A stretch of DNA of 63,790 bases, counting the filler, from an uncultured Rhodopirellula sp. (lineage in GTDB: Bacteria; Planctomycetota; Planctomycetia; Pirellulales; Pirellulaceae): NCBI GenBank assembly GCA_964007735.1. It is 5 parts of 5 records of this genome, joined end to end, with 100 filler letters (N's around TTAATTAATTAA, not from the genome) between each part and the next. Parts side by side here need not be neighbours in the genome. Positions count along the whole stretch, not along the records: positions 28,422 to 42,301 come from CAXGAI010000078.1; 4 more parts are not named here. The stretch is one strand, 5' to 3'. Shown here in pieces: positions 30,334-41,036 of this stretch; the first letter of the stretch is position 1; every line of letters starts with the position of its first letter. The notes under the pieces are model-generated. The model searched no databases and was not told the DNA's origin. It worked only from the letters and a program-made list of their open reading frames with translations. The translations under genes were made by a program, and so were the position numbers.

Positions 30334-31716
30334 ATGTTATCCATCTGTGGCTCAAATCGAAATCGCTTCTGCGACAACCTGGACCGACGTAGTGTTCTGC
30401 GTATTGGTTCCCTCGGGTTTACGGCAGGGCTCTCCTTAGCAGATATCCTGAAAGCATCCAACGCAAAGACAGACTCGACGAAATCAGTCATCATGGTCTA
30501 TCTCTGCGGAGGTCCAACTCAATTCGAAACCTTTGATCCAAAACCAAACGCACCGGTAGAAATCAGAGGATCATTCCAACCTACAGCTACTAAAATTCCC
30601 GGTATTCAATACTGCGAGCTATTGCCGAAGTTATCTGCAATAAACGACAAGTTCTCGATCATCCGCTCTTTAGTCGGGATGGAAAACAGACACGAATCGT
30701 TTCAATGCTATTCAGGCCGCCCGGGTGGACGTCCCCAAGATGGTGAACCTGCAGGCGGCTGGCCAACCTTTGGGTCTGTCATTTCAAGAGAATTGGGGGC
30801 TGGCTCCAATGGAGCGCTTCCTTACGTAGATGCGTCTCCACAAATGGGATATCAGCCCTATGCCAACCGCGGGATCCATGACAACGCCAGTAAACGCTCA
30901 TGGCCTGGCTTTACAGGAATGGGCCATATCCCATTTGCAGTTGAAGCCGAGGTAAAAAAAGATCTCATTCTGAATGGAATCTCACTTGATCGACTGGGAC
31001 AACGCGAACGCTTACTCAAGCAGGTTAACAACATCCGAGCATCTGCCGAGACCTCCGGTATTGACTCTTTTCAGGAGAAAGCTTTTGGCATTCTGACTTC
31101 CAGCAACATAGCACGTGCTTTGGATCTAGAGAACGAACCTCAAAAAGTGCGCGATTGGTATGGGGATCCAGTCACGACAGATCCGTCATTTGGTGCTCCC
31201 CCTCAAAGCTCGCAACACTTACTTCTGGCGAGAAGACTAGTCGAAGCGGGAGTGCGTTGTGTAACGGTTGCCTTTGGTGCGTGGGATTGGCACAGTAATC
31301 GAGAGGGAACCATTGAGTATCTCTCCAATCGATATTTACCAAACTTCGACCGAGCCATTTCGGTTCTACTGACAGACCTTGAACAACGAGGACTTTCAGA
31401 ACAGGTACAGGTTATCGTTTGGGGAGAATTTGGTCGGACACCACGAATCAATGCGAAGGGCGGGCGAGATCATTGGGAACGCACCCAATCCGTCTTAATT
31501 GCAGGTGGAAACGTGCAACCAGGTCGCACGATTGGGACCACCGACAAACAAGGTGGGGTCCCAATCGAACGCCCCATACACACGCAGGAAGTCTTTGCCA
31601 CGATGTATCAGCATCTAGGGTTGGACGTCAATTCCGTCAAAATCCCCGATCTAAATGGTCGTCCGAGATATCTCGTAGATGAAAATCGCCAGCCGATCAA
31701 AGAACTTATTACGTGA
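30334..31716 (+). CDS. DUF1501 protein (Tat-like signal)
   Basis: DRRSVLRIG, KSVIMVYLCGGP..ETFDPKP, LLARRLVEAGVRCV, WDWH, WGEFGRTPRIN, GRDHW. Confidence 0.9.
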   Translation: MLSICGSNRNRFCDNLDRRSVLRIGSLGFTAGLSLADILKASNAKTDSTKSVIMVYLCGGPTQFETFDPKPNAPVEIRGSFQPTATKIPGIQYCELLPKLSAINDKFSIIRSLVGMENRHESFQCYSGRPGGRPQDGEPAGGWPTFGSVISRELGAGSNGALPYVDASPQMGYQPYANRGIHDNASKRSWPGFTGMGHIPFAVEAEVKKDLILNGISLDRLGQRERLLKQVNNIRASAETSGIDSFQEKAFGILTSSNIARALDLENEPQKVRDWYGDPVTTDPSFGAPPQSSQHLLLARRLVEAGVRCVTVAFGAWDWHSNREGTIEYLSNRYLPNFDRAISVLLTDLEQRGLSEQVQVIVWGEFGRTPRINAKGGRDHWERTQSVLIAGGNVQPGRTIGTTDKQGGVPIERPIHTQEVFATMYQHLGLDVNSVKIPDLNGRPRYLVDENRQPIKELIT

Positions 31717-31764
31717 GACGACGAAAACTGTTACTTTACTGCTGAGACTAGAATTCTCCCTGCT

Positions 31765-31794
31765 TTGATCACGCCAAGACAAAACTGCTAAAAT
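31765..31794 (+). promoter_or_regulatory. Putative sigma70 promoter
   Basis: TTGATC-18 nt-TAAAAT with extended -10 TG, ~50 nt upstream of ATG 31846. Confidence 0.4.
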
Positions 31795-31845
31795 GATTTC
31801 CCAATCATTCATCCGTCTAACTTTTTTCTTCTGATCGACACTTCA

Positions 31846-33099
31846 ATGAACCTACGGCGACTTATCTTCACCACGACAGGACTCCTACTGATCCCCGCGG
31901 CCCTTTCGTTGGCCGAACCATCAGAATTTACTGCCTCCACGAGCAATAGCAAAGTCAAAGTATTCATTCTGGCCGGCCAGTCTAACATGGAGGGACGGGG
32001 GTTCCCTGAACCACTTACCTGGCAAGTCAGCCAGAAGAAGTACCGCGGTCGATATACCCATTTCATCAAAGATGGAGATTACGATGCCTTTCTTAAAACC
32101 GTTAATGAGACCAAGGATCCGGAAGACCGCCGGAAAACACCAACCTACCTATGGAGTGAGCGAAAAGATGTATGGATCAACTATCTCGGTAAACACGGCA
32201 ATCTAACGGTTGGTTATGGCGCACCCAATCAGGGCTTCGGCCCGGAGTTCAACTTTGGCCACGTCGTAGGGAACTATTACGACGAACAAGTTTTGATCAT
32301 AAAAACGTCATGGGGCGGCCGGGCGTTGGCACAAGGTTTTCTACCTCCTTCAAGCATGCCCAGCCAAACCGAGTTTGAAGTGATGACGAAAGCCGAAAAT
32401 GAGAAAAATGATGAATGGAATGTCCAGCAGAGAGCCCGAACGGCCAAGAACAATCTCAAGATCATGAAAGATAACGAAACGGCTGAGAAAAAGAAGCCGC
32501 TTCAAACTTTCAAACCTCGGCCTGTACTCACCACAGCTGAATACAAAGCACGATATGGAATTGACTATCGAAACATGGTGGCCGAAGTCCATGAATGTCT
32601 AGCCAACCTCAAAGAACGCTTTCCAAACTACCGCGGGCAGGGTTATGTCATCGAAGGCTTTGTCTGGTTCCAGGGCTGGAATGACCAATATAATGATCGC
32701 TGGCTAAGTTATGAAAAGAATCTCGGGAACCTGATCCGCGATCTTCGCACAGAATTTGAGGTCCCCGATCTAAAGGTCGTCATAGGGGAGATGGGACACG
32801 ATGGCCCGAACGAACCCAAAGCTGATGCGCCTCGCACCATCATCATGGCAGCTCAACAAGCGGTCGCTAAAAGTGCCGAATTTAACAATACCGTACGGTG
32901 TATTAACACCCGGCAATATTGGGACATGGATGCGCACAATATTTACCATGGGCCCGGCGGTTGGAGTAAAGATGTTGAAAAATGGCGCCAATTTGGAAAT
33001 GACCGTCCTTACCACTATCTGGGAAGCCCCTGGTTTTTTGCTCAGGCAGGAACGGGATTCGGCGAGGCTATGTTAAAACTCGTCCGGAAAGACAAGTAA
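31846..33099 (+). CDS. Exported sialate O-acetylesterase-like SGNH esterase (SASA domain)
   Basis: VFILAGQSNMEG, FGPEFNFG, IIKTSWGG, WFQGWND, DRPYHY. Confidence 0.88.
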   Translation: MNLRRLIFTTTGLLLIPAALSLAEPSEFTASTSNSKVKVFILAGQSNMEGRGFPEPLTWQVSQKKYRGRYTHFIKDGDYDAFLKTVNETKDPEDRRKTPTYLWSERKDVWINYLGKHGNLTVGYGAPNQGFGPEFNFGHVVGNYYDEQVLIIKTSWGGRALAQGFLPPSSMPSQTEFEVMTKAENEKNDEWNVQQRARTAKNNLKIMKDNETAEKKKPLQTFKPRPVLTTAEYKARYGIDYRNMVAEVHECLANLKERFPNYRGQGYVIEGFVWFQGWNDQYNDRWLSYEKNLGNLIRDLRTEFEVPDLKVVIGEMGHDGPNEPKADAPRTIIMAAQQAVAKSAEFNNTVRCINTRQYWDMDAHNIYHGPGGWSKDVEKWRQFGNDRPYHYLGSPWFFAQAGTGFGEAMLKLVRKDK

Positions 33100-33123
33100 C
33101 CTTCAAACCACTGGAATTCCTCC

Positions 33124-34551
33124 ATGAGCTACCTCTTAGGTATCGACATCGGAACCACGACGATCACTTCCGTCGCTGTGGATGCAGATTCGGGTCAAAT
33201 TGTCGAATTGGCAACCACCTCCAATGATGCCCGGCATAATGACCGCCCCAAAGGACGCAGTGAATGGGATGCGAACAGAATCATTTCGCAGGCAATCAAA
33301 TGTGTCAAAAACGTTGTCGCCTTACTTGGCCCTCGTGCTAAACAAATTGCGGGGATTGGCATGACCGGTCAGCAACATGGAATGGTTTTAGTTGACAAAC
33401 ACCTATCGCCGGTCTCACCCTATATTAACTGGCAGGATCAGCGTGGAAATGAACCCAACGCTCAGGGGATTTCTTTGATCGAAACGCTGGCAGAACGACT
33501 TGGAGATGACCAGTATGAAAAGCATGGTTGTTACCTGAGAACCGGGTTCATGAATGTCACCCTCCATTGGTTAACTGCCAATGACCAGTTACCCGTCGGT
33601 AGCCGCGCAGCATTTATCATGGATCTCGTCGCCAGTCGTTTGTGCCATGCCCCCCTGGTTAGCGACCCAACAGCAGCGGGCAGTGCAGGTTTACTAAACA
33701 TCCATACCAATCGCTGGGATTCAGACGCCCTGAAGGAATTAAACATTCCTATCTCCGTTTTACCCGAAGTAAGTTCTGTTCGGGACCAGGTCGGCACAGT
33801 CACCAATGACATCGCTATGATGACAGGACTACCAGCAGGCATTCCCGTGTTTGTTCCTATCGGTGACAATCAGGCAAGCTTCCTTGGCAGTGTTGCGGAC
33901 CGCCATAAACAACTGTCGATAAATGTTGGGACCGGTGGTCAGGTATCTGCTTATAGTGCGACCACAGGCCAACACGAATCACTCGAAGTACGACCATTTC
34001 CCTACGGCGGATTCTTACTGGCCAATGTAGGCGCATGTGGTGGTAGAAGCTTTGCCGCATTAGAAGACTTTTTTCAGGCTGTGGCGCGGGATATCTTCGG
34101 CATCCAACCAGACCGTTCAGCTTATGAGCGAATGAAGGAACTAGCGGACAAAACTATTGCCAGCGATACAGGCTTAACCTGCTCACCCCTGTTCACTGGC
34201 ACCAGACAGGATCCAAGCCAGCGAGCCTCATGGTCCGGACTCAGCCCGGAAAATTTTACACCCGCCCTAATGACGAGAGCCTTGCTGGAAGGGATGGCGG
34301 ACACGTTCCACGAAGGCTTTGCAGCGATTCTTTCTTGTGGAGTTCAGGGGATTACGGAAATCGTTGGCGCGGGTAACGGCATCCGAGAAAATGCTGTTTT
34401 GCAACAATGTATCGAAACAACGTTTAATATGCAGGTTCGTAAACCTCTTCAACGCGAGGAAGCGACCTTAGGGGCAGCCATTACGGCCGCTATCGGTTGT
34501 GGCATCTTAAAAGACCTGTCTGATTCGTCCCGGTGGATCCAATATGAATAA
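33124..34551 (+). CDS. FGGY-family sugar kinase, sedoheptulokinase-like
   Basis: LGIDIGTTTI, GMTGQQHG, INWQDQRG, GDNQASFLGS, INVGTGGQVS, EVRPFP, GGRSFA, GAGNGIREN. Confidence 0.85.
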   Translation: MSYLLGIDIGTTTITSVAVDADSGQIVELATTSNDARHNDRPKGRSEWDANRIISQAIKCVKNVVALLGPRAKQIAGIGMTGQQHGMVLVDKHLSPVSPYINWQDQRGNEPNAQGISLIETLAERLGDDQYEKHGCYLRTGFMNVTLHWLTANDQLPVGSRAAFIMDLVASRLCHAPLVSDPTAAGSAGLLNIHTNRWDSDALKELNIPISVLPEVSSVRDQVGTVTNDIAMMTGLPAGIPVFVPIGDNQASFLGSVADRHKQLSINVGTGGQVSAYSATTGQHESLEVRPFPYGGFLLANVGACGGRSFAALEDFFQAVARDIFGIQPDRSAYERMKELADKTIASDTGLTCSPLFTGTRQDPSQRASWSGLSPENFTPALMTRALLEGMADTFHEGFAAILSCGVQGITEIVGAGNGIRENAVLQQCIETTFNMQVRKPLQREEATLGAAITAAIGCGILKDLSDSSRWIQYE

Positions 34552-37500
34552 ATTCGTACACAAGCTTAGCATTTGCATTTTCACACCACTGCTATCAGTG
34601 GTGGTCGTCCTCGCCTGTTTGACTGCTCAGGGGCAATCTGTTGAATTCAATCAACATATTCGGCCCCTTCTATCCAATAAGTGCTTTGCCTGTCATGGCC
34701 CCGATGCGAACCAACGTGAAGCCGGGTTAAGGCTAGACCTGGAGGCGTCCGCCACTGCGAAGTTAGCGTCGGGAGCACGGGCGATTGTTCCCGGAGATCT
34801 CAATCAAAGTGAAATTTGGCAGCGAATTAATTCAGAAGACGAATTCAGTCGGATGCCACCAAAGGAACATAGCAATCCACTAAGTTCTGCGGAAAAGCAA
34901 CTTATTAAACAATGGATTCAACAGGGAGCCAAATACCAAATCCACTGGGCTTTTATCCAACCCGATCGTCCTCTGCTGCCGACGGTAAGCACCCAAGGCT
35001 GGGCACAGAATCCCGTCGACTACTTTGTTTTATCGAACTTGGAATCAAAAGGCTTGTTGCCAGCTCACCCTGCTGAGAAGGAAGCTCTCATCCGTCGTCT
35101 GGCTTTCGACTTAACCGGTCTTCCTCCCACTCTGGAAGACATTGACTCTTTTTTGGCTGACGATAGTCCTGACAATTATGAACAAGTGGTTGAAAAGTAC
35201 CTTGCCTCACCGGCCTACGGTGAAAACCTCGCCAGCTTTTGGCTCGACCTTGCTCGTTATGCGGACACCAATGGCTACCAATACGATACGGAGCGGAAAC
35301 ATTGGGTGTGGCGTGACTGGGTAATCCACGCATACAACACAAACAAGTCGTTCGCAGACTTTACTATCGAACAACTCGCCGGAGACCTGCTTCCAGATGC
35401 CACTCCTCATCAAATATTAGCTACCGGTTTCAACCGCAACCACGGAATCACCATCGAAGGTGGCGTGATTGGAGAGGAGTACCGGACGGAATACGTCATG
35501 GATCGACTGACAACAACAGCGAGCATTTGGATGGGACTTACCGTGGGTTGCGCTCGATGCCACGACCACAAGTACGATCCCATTAGCCAGAAAGAATTCT
35601 ATGCACTCTATGCTTATTTTAATCTTGTGCCTGAACGTGGACAAAATGGATTTCAACCACAGATGCAAGTAAGTTCACCTCTGGCTGAACATCGCCTATC
35701 TTCCATATCAGCTCGGATCGCTGCACTTCAAAGTGATCTATCATCAGCGCAAAACGACCTCACCGGTCTTGAACCGTGGGCTCAGGCACTTGTGAAACAG
35801 GGAAACACCTGGAGGGTACTCGAGGCTCAAACAGCCAAATCATCAGGCGGTACCACGATCACGCCGCAAGCGGATCATTCTCTCTTAATTTCAGGCTTAA
35901 ATCCCAAGAACGATATCTATACTTTCACCTTCAGGACAGAGCAGCAAAACCTTACGGCATTACGACTTCAATGCCTAACACATCCGTCCTTACCGGGAGG
36001 AGGTCCCGGTCGCCATGGGAATTCGAATTTTGTACTTACAGGTATCGAACTCACCGCATCCTCTATAACTGACCCTAACGAAAGTCGGAAGATCACCTTT
36101 CGCAAGGCACGTGCAGATTACAATCAGCCTCGTTATAACGTGATGGCCGCACTGGATCCCAATAGATCCACGGGATGGGCCGTCGATGGGCCGACTCGGA
36201 AAGAGCCAGCCACGGCAATCTTTGAATTCAAGGACTCCGTTGGTTACAAAGGCGGAACGACCCTGTCTTTAACACTGAGACACGAAGCTCCGTTCGGTAC
36301 GCATGGCATTGGCCGCCCCCGAATCAGCATCTCGTCTAAGCCCGCAGACACCGTTCCATTCGATGCAATTGACTCAGCGATTATAGACGCTGCTAAACGA
36401 GCCCCCACTGAGCGATCGGAGCAACAAACTGAGTTGTTAATAGCCTACTATCAGTCCAACTTCAGTCCTGCCAAGGCGATCAAAGACGAAATAAAACGTC
36501 TCCAAGATCTCCAAAAAGGAGGATTTCCCGCGACGATGATCATGCGTGACCAACCGGGCATACGCAAAACACATATCCTCAACAGGGGACAATACAATGA
36601 ACCAACAACCGAAGTCAGCCTTGGGACACCCGGCGTGCTCCCCTCCCTCAAGCCGGATCAGTTAAAGAACCGCCTCGGACTTGCCCAGTGGCTAACCTCC
36701 GACAACCATCCATTAACGGCGCGCGTCACCGTCAATCGTTACTGGCAAATGTTCTTTGGTACCGGACTGGTTAAGACGGCCGAAGACTTCGGCAATCAAG
36801 GCACGGCGCCTAGTCATCCTCAGCTACTAGATTATCTGGCCACTGAATTCATAGATTCCGGCTGGGACATCAAACACCTGCATCGCTTCATTGTCACTTC
36901 AGCCACTTACCGACAGTCCTCCAAAGTAGGGCGGGAAAACTACAAACAGGATCCGGAAAATATTTTCCTGAGTCGGGGACCGCGGATGCGTCTTACTGCC
37001 GAGCAAGTACGAGACAATGCACTTGCTATTAGCGGATTACTGCTGAATACGATGGGAGGTGCCAGCGTCTACCCCTATCAGCCGAAAGGAATCTGGTTGG
37101 AATTAAATAATCGGCCCGGCTACTCACGGGCTTACCCTCAGGGAACTGGAGAGCAGCTCTATCGAAGAAGCCTGTACACCTTCTGGAAACGCACGGTACC
37201 GTCCCCAATGATGAAAACGTTGGATGCTCCGGAACGGGAATTCTGCACTCTCAAACGGTCGTATACAAATACACCGTTACAATCCCTACTGCTTCTCAAT
37301 GGAGTCCAGTTTGTGGAAGCCGCCCGCCACATGGCCAGCAACTTACTAAAGCGCCCTTTCGAATCCGACAGCCAACGGATCACTCATGGTTTTCGACTGG
37401 CAACAGGACGCCTGCCCAGTCATGACGAACTCAGCCTGCTAACAGAGGCCTTCAAGCAACAGACAGATACTTTCCGTCATGACCCACTGGCGGTATCCAA

Positions 37501-37618
37501 TCTACTTAATGTAGGAGACTCCCCCACGGACAACGCATTGGATCCTGTCCGACTTGCCAGCTGGACAGCCTTCTGCCGTATTCTGCTTAACCTTGACGAA
37601 ACCATCACTAAAGGGTGA
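34544..37618 (+). CDS. Planctomycete cytochrome c + DUF1549 + inserted beta domain + DUF1553 protein
   Basis: [55 protein letters not shown]. Confidence 0.93.
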   Translation: MNKFVHKLSICIFTPLLSVVVVLACLTAQGQSVEFNQHIRPLLSNKCFACHGPDANQREAGLRLDLEASATAKLASGARAIVPGDLNQSEIWQRINSEDEFSRMPPKEHSNPLSSAEKQLIKQWIQQGAKYQIHWAFIQPDRPLLPTVSTQGWAQNPVDYFVLSNLESKGLLPAHPAEKEALIRRLAFDLTGLPPTLEDIDSFLADDSPDNYEQVVEKYLASPAYGENLASFWLDLARYADTNGYQYDTERKHWVWRDWVIHAYNTNKSFADFTIEQLAGDLLPDATPHQILATGFNRNHGITIEGGVIGEEYRTEYVMDRLTTTASIWMGLTVGCARCHDHKYDPISQKEFYALYAYFNLVPERGQNGFQPQMQVSSPLAEHRLSSISARIAALQSDLSSAQNDLTGLEPWAQALVKQGNTWRVLEAQTAKSSGGTTITPQADHSLLISGLNPKNDIYTFTFRTEQQNLTALRLQCLTHPSLPGGGPGRHGNSNFVLTGIELTASSITDPNESRKITFRKARADYNQPRYNVMAALDPNRSTGWAVDGPTRKEPATAIFEFKDSVGYKGGTTLSLTLRHEAPFGTHGIGRPRISISSKPADTVPFDAIDSAIIDAAKRAPTERSEQQTELLIAYYQSNFSPAKAIKDEIKRLQDLQKGGFPATMIMRDQPGIRKTHILNRGQYNEPTTEVSLGTPGVLPSLKPDQLKNRLGLAQWLTSDNHPLTARVTVNRYWQMFFGTGLVKTAEDFGNQGTAPSHPQLLDYLATEFIDSGWDIKHLHRFIVTSATYRQSSKVGRENYKQDPENIFLSRGPRMRLTAEQVRDNALAISGLLLNTMGGASVYPYQPKGIWLELNNRPGYSRAYPQGTGEQLYRRSLYTFWKRTVPSPMMKTLDAPEREFCTLKRSYTNTPLQSLLLLNGVQFVEAARHMASNLLKRPFESDSQRITHGFRLATGRLPSHDELSLLTEAFKQQTDTFRHDPLAVSNLLNVGDSPTDNALDPVRLASWTAFCRILLNLDETITKG

Positions 37619-37625
37619 CTACACG

Positions 37626-39062
37626 ATGAATCAGGTTCTTGAAGAGTCATACCTATTAACCAACCGTCGCCAGTTCTTCGGACGTGCTTCAACAGGGATT
37701 GGCATGGCCGCACTAGCGTCCATGCTAAACGCTGATGAAGCACCACAAATGTCGGCTCTACCCGGACTGCCACACTTCCCCCCCCGAGCCAAGCGTGTCA
37801 TCTATCTACTGCAATCAGGAGCTCCATCTCAAGTTGACTTATACGACTACAAACCTTCCCTTGAAAAACTCCATATGCAGGAATTACCTGCTGAGATCCG
37901 CAATGGCCAGCGATTAACTGGAATGACAGCTGGTCAGGCCAAGTTCCCGATCGTGAAGTCCCCGTTTGCCTTTCAACAACAGGGGGATAGCGGTATGTGG
38001 CTGAGCGAACTGTTACCGCATCTAGGCGGTGTTGCCGACAACCTTTGTCTGATCAACTCCATGTACACAGAGGCCATCAACCACGACCCAGCCATCACGT
38101 TTTTTCAGTCCGGACACCAGCAACCAGGACGGCCTAGTTTAGGTTCCTGGCTAAGTTACGGTCTCGGAAGTGAAACGGAGAACTTACCATCATTCATCGT
38201 GATGCTTACTAAAAACAGCTTCAATCAGGCTCAACCCATCTATGACCGCCTTTGGGGAAGTGGCTTTCTTCCCTCGCGTTTCCAGGGCGTGAAACTCCGT
38301 AGCCAGGGAGATCCCGTCCTTTACCTCAATGACCCCGCTAAACTAGATCAAAAGACGCGTCGCAATTTACTCGACAGCATCGCCAAATTAAATTCCCGGC
38401 GTGAGACTGAAGTCGGAGATCCCGAAATCAACACCCGTATCGCTCAATATGAGATGGCATATAAGATGCAAACATCCGTGCCGGAACTTGCCAATGTGAA
38501 TGATGAACCTGAAAGTACGTTTTTATTGTATGGTGAGTCTGCCAAGGAACCAGGAACACATGCCTTCAACTGCCTGATGGCCAGACGCATGGCCGAACGC
38601 GGAGTCCGGTTCATCCAGGTATTCCACCGAGGCTGGGATCATCACAGTAACTGTCAGGGCAACTTACCGATCCTGGCCAAACAAACTGATCAGGGATCCG
38701 CCGCCTTAATCGCCGACCTCAAGCAACGCGACATGTTAAAAGACACCTTGGTGATTTGGGGTGGTGAATTTGGCCGAACGGTCTACGCGCAGGGAAATCC
38801 TGCCAGTTTCGGCCGCGACCATCACCCGCGTTGTTTCTCTATTTGGATGGCTGGCGGAGGCATACAGGGTGGATTAACCTACGGAAAGACCGATGACTTT
38901 TGCTACAACGTTGCTGAGAACGGAGTCCACGTACACGACTTCCATGCCACAATCCTACACCTCATGGGAATCAACCACGAGCGTCTAACCTATCGCTTTC
39001 AGGGACGCGACTATCGACTAACCGACGTTCACGGCCAGGTCGTCGAGGGGATACTCACCTGA
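37626..39062 (+). CDS. DUF1501 protein
   Basis: NRRQFFG, AKRVIYLLQSGAPSQVDLYDYKP, AINHDPA, GWDHH, WGGEFGRT, GRDHHP, RLTDVHG; start at ATG 37626. Confidence 0.92.
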   Translation: MNQVLEESYLLTNRRQFFGRASTGIGMAALASMLNADEAPQMSALPGLPHFPPRAKRVIYLLQSGAPSQVDLYDYKPSLEKLHMQELPAEIRNGQRLTGMTAGQAKFPIVKSPFAFQQQGDSGMWLSELLPHLGGVADNLCLINSMYTEAINHDPAITFFQSGHQQPGRPSLGSWLSYGLGSETENLPSFIVMLTKNSFNQAQPIYDRLWGSGFLPSRFQGVKLRSQGDPVLYLNDPAKLDQKTRRNLLDSIAKLNSRRETEVGDPEINTRIAQYEMAYKMQTSVPELANVNDEPESTFLLYGESAKEPGTHAFNCLMARRMAERGVRFIQVFHRGWDHHSNCQGNLPILAKQTDQGSAALIADLKQRDMLKDTLVIWGGEFGRTVYAQGNPASFGRDHHPRCFSIWMAGGGIQGGLTYGKTDDFCYNVAENGVHVHDFHATILHLMGINHERLTYRFQGRDYRLTDVHGQVVEGILT

Positions 39063-39074
39063 CGTATTTAGCCA

Positions 39075-40019
39075 CTACGGCCGAGGGAACAAACCAACTG
39101 GCTTACCGTCCAGCTGCCACTCAGGTCGAAAGTCGACTTCAAGATGTTTCAATGCGGTTGCCACCAGATCTACGAGGTAGACCTGCCCCTGAAACTCACC
39201 TTTACCGGCTGATTCACCGCTAACAATTAGATAGATATTATGAATCGTCGGAACCTGGTGTCCGCTTCCATGCCCTTTGCCCTCGCCACCATGGTCCGAT
39301 GAAATCAGGATCACCCAATCTTCCTGCTGATACGTTGGGCGAGATTTGATGGCGTCCGTAAGTCGCCCAACGTGTTGATCTACCTTTTCAATGGAACGCA
39401 TGTACTGCGGAACCGATGGATGAAATCCGTATCGATGCCCAGTTTCATCTGTTGAACCAAAGTAAACCATCGTCGCTCGTACATTTTGCTCGGCCAGTAC
39501 TTTGACCGCGCGATCCGCAATATATTGATCAAACACGGTATAGCCATCAGAACCATGGGCTTCGAAACCGACACGCACATCGGCTTTGGAAACGATGTAC
39601 TTGTCGATGGGGTACCAATCAATAAACGATGCGGTTTTATAATCCGGATACTGCTGCTTGATCAAATTGAAGAAGTGTGGATAACGAGCAATCCTTTGTC
39701 CACCGAACTCATTGTCATGAACTCCGTGCTTGTCAGCCCAGACACCGGTCAGATAAGAAGTCCAGCCCGGTCCACTGATCGTATCATTCTTTTGATATCG
39801 AACACCTAGGATCTTACATGTATTGCTGTAGGAGCCATTCTTTTTAAGGGCGTCGATGTTCGGAGTCTTAGCAGCGTCTAAAGCATCCGTCCTAAGTCCA
39901 TCGATGCCGATTGCGAGTACGTATTTACTTCGCTCAGCTGAAACGAGTAATGGGGGATCGAATTGCTGGCTAAATAGAACCAGCAGACCACAAACCAAAT
40001 GACGTGGAATGTCGGACAT
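39075..40019 (-). CDS. Alkaline phosphatase superfamily protein (nucleotide pyrophosphatase/phosphodiesterase-like)
   Basis: IGIDGLR, TISGPGWTSYLTG, DETGH, SDHGG metal and nucleophile motifs. Confidence 0.87.
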   Translation of the reverse strand: MSDIPRHLVCGLLVLFSQQFDPPLLVSAERSKYVLAIGIDGLRTDALDAAKTPNIDALKKNGSYSNTCKILGVRYQKNDTISGPGWTSYLTGVWADKHGVHDNEFGGQRIARYPHFFNLIKQQYPDYKTASFIDWYPIDKYIVSKADVRVGFEAHGSDGYTVFDQYIADRAVKVLAEQNVRATMVYFGSTDETGHRYGFHPSVPQYMRSIEKVDQHVGRLTDAIKSRPTYQQEDWVILISSDHGGEGKGHGSGHQVPTIHNIYLIVSGESAGKGEFQGQVYLVDLVATALKHLEVDFRPEWQLDGKPVGLFPRP

Positions 40020-40023
40020 AGAA

Positions 40024-40965
40024 CTAATTCCTCAATCCCTTAAGCTTGATCATCGCTTTCCCCATCGCATCCCCGATTAGAAAATAACTTTCTGCATTTC
40101 CGAACCAGTGATGACCATGGCCTACGTTGGGGGATTCCTCTTTAGGACGGGCAAAGGAAGTTGTTTTGACAAAGGCTGCGTTGCTCAGTTTATCGGCGGC
40201 GTTCTTTTGAGCGATTCGGATCTGCTTCATGTTATCACCGGCGGTTTCCCCCATATTCCCCGTTTCGCCAATGATCACTGGTAGGTCTTCGGCCCCCAGC
40301 GCAGTGCGTACATCCGAGACCAAATTGACCAAATTGTCTTCATACTGAGTCAAAGCATCTTTATCGAACATATCATTCCAACCCTGAAACCATACGAATC
40401 CAGCGAGTTCGTAATTCTTCCCAATTTGTGGGAATTCATCTTTCATCGCAGATAGAGCCTGCTCAATCTCCTCAAGCATTTGAACGTAATACTTACCGAC
40501 CTCACCGCCACTCGATGGCGGCCGAAAGTCTTTATAAATACTTTTTCCTCCCCACGCCGTTTTGATTAGCAGAACGGGTTGCTTCGTGGCATCGCCAAGC
40601 AAGTGCCCAAACTGGAACTCTGGCCCTATATGATGTTTTCCCGGATAGCTGGTGAAGCCAACAGAGAGCCCACCTGTTTTGGTCTCCTCTTTGGTGACGT
40701 GTCGGACGAAGACGTCGTCGCGTACGATGTATTCACCCTTACCATCTTTAATATGTGAATAACGATCTGCCATTTTGGGATTCTTCATCACATTATTGAG
40801 AATCCCTTTACCACCGTTGTAGTATTCAGGATGATCAAAATCGACGACCCCCTGCCCCTGCATATTAGACTGTCCGGCAAGGACATAAACCTGAACCTTA
40901 CCGGCCGCGAACATCCATTCGCTAGTCAAGAAACAAGCCACGAAACAGATTATTAAGCGAAGCAT
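40024..40965 (-). CDS. Exported sialate O-acetylesterase-like SGNH esterase (SASA domain)
   Basis: VYVLAGQSNMQG, IGPEFQFG, LIKTAWGG, WFQGWND, HHWFGNAESY. Confidence 0.88.
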   Translation of the reverse strand: MLRLIICFVACFLTSEWMFAAGKVQVYVLAGQSNMQGQGVVDFDHPEYYNGGKGILNNVMKNPKMADRYSHIKDGKGEYIVRDDVFVRHVTKEETKTGGLSVGFTSYPGKHHIGPEFQFGHLLGDATKQPVLLIKTAWGGKSIYKDFRPPSSGGEVGKYYVQMLEEIEQALSAMKDEFPQIGKNYELAGFVWFQGWNDMFDKDALTQYEDNLVNLVSDVRTALGAEDLPVIIGETGNMGETAGDNMKQIRIAQKNAADKLSNAAFVKTTSFARPKEESPNVGHGHHWFGNAESYFLIGDAMGKAMIKLKGLRN

Positions 40966-41036
40966 ATTTTAATTTTCCCGTATAAATACCAAGTGTGAAT
41001 CGCCCCTAGTATATCCCTCTCCAATAGACGGGGGAA

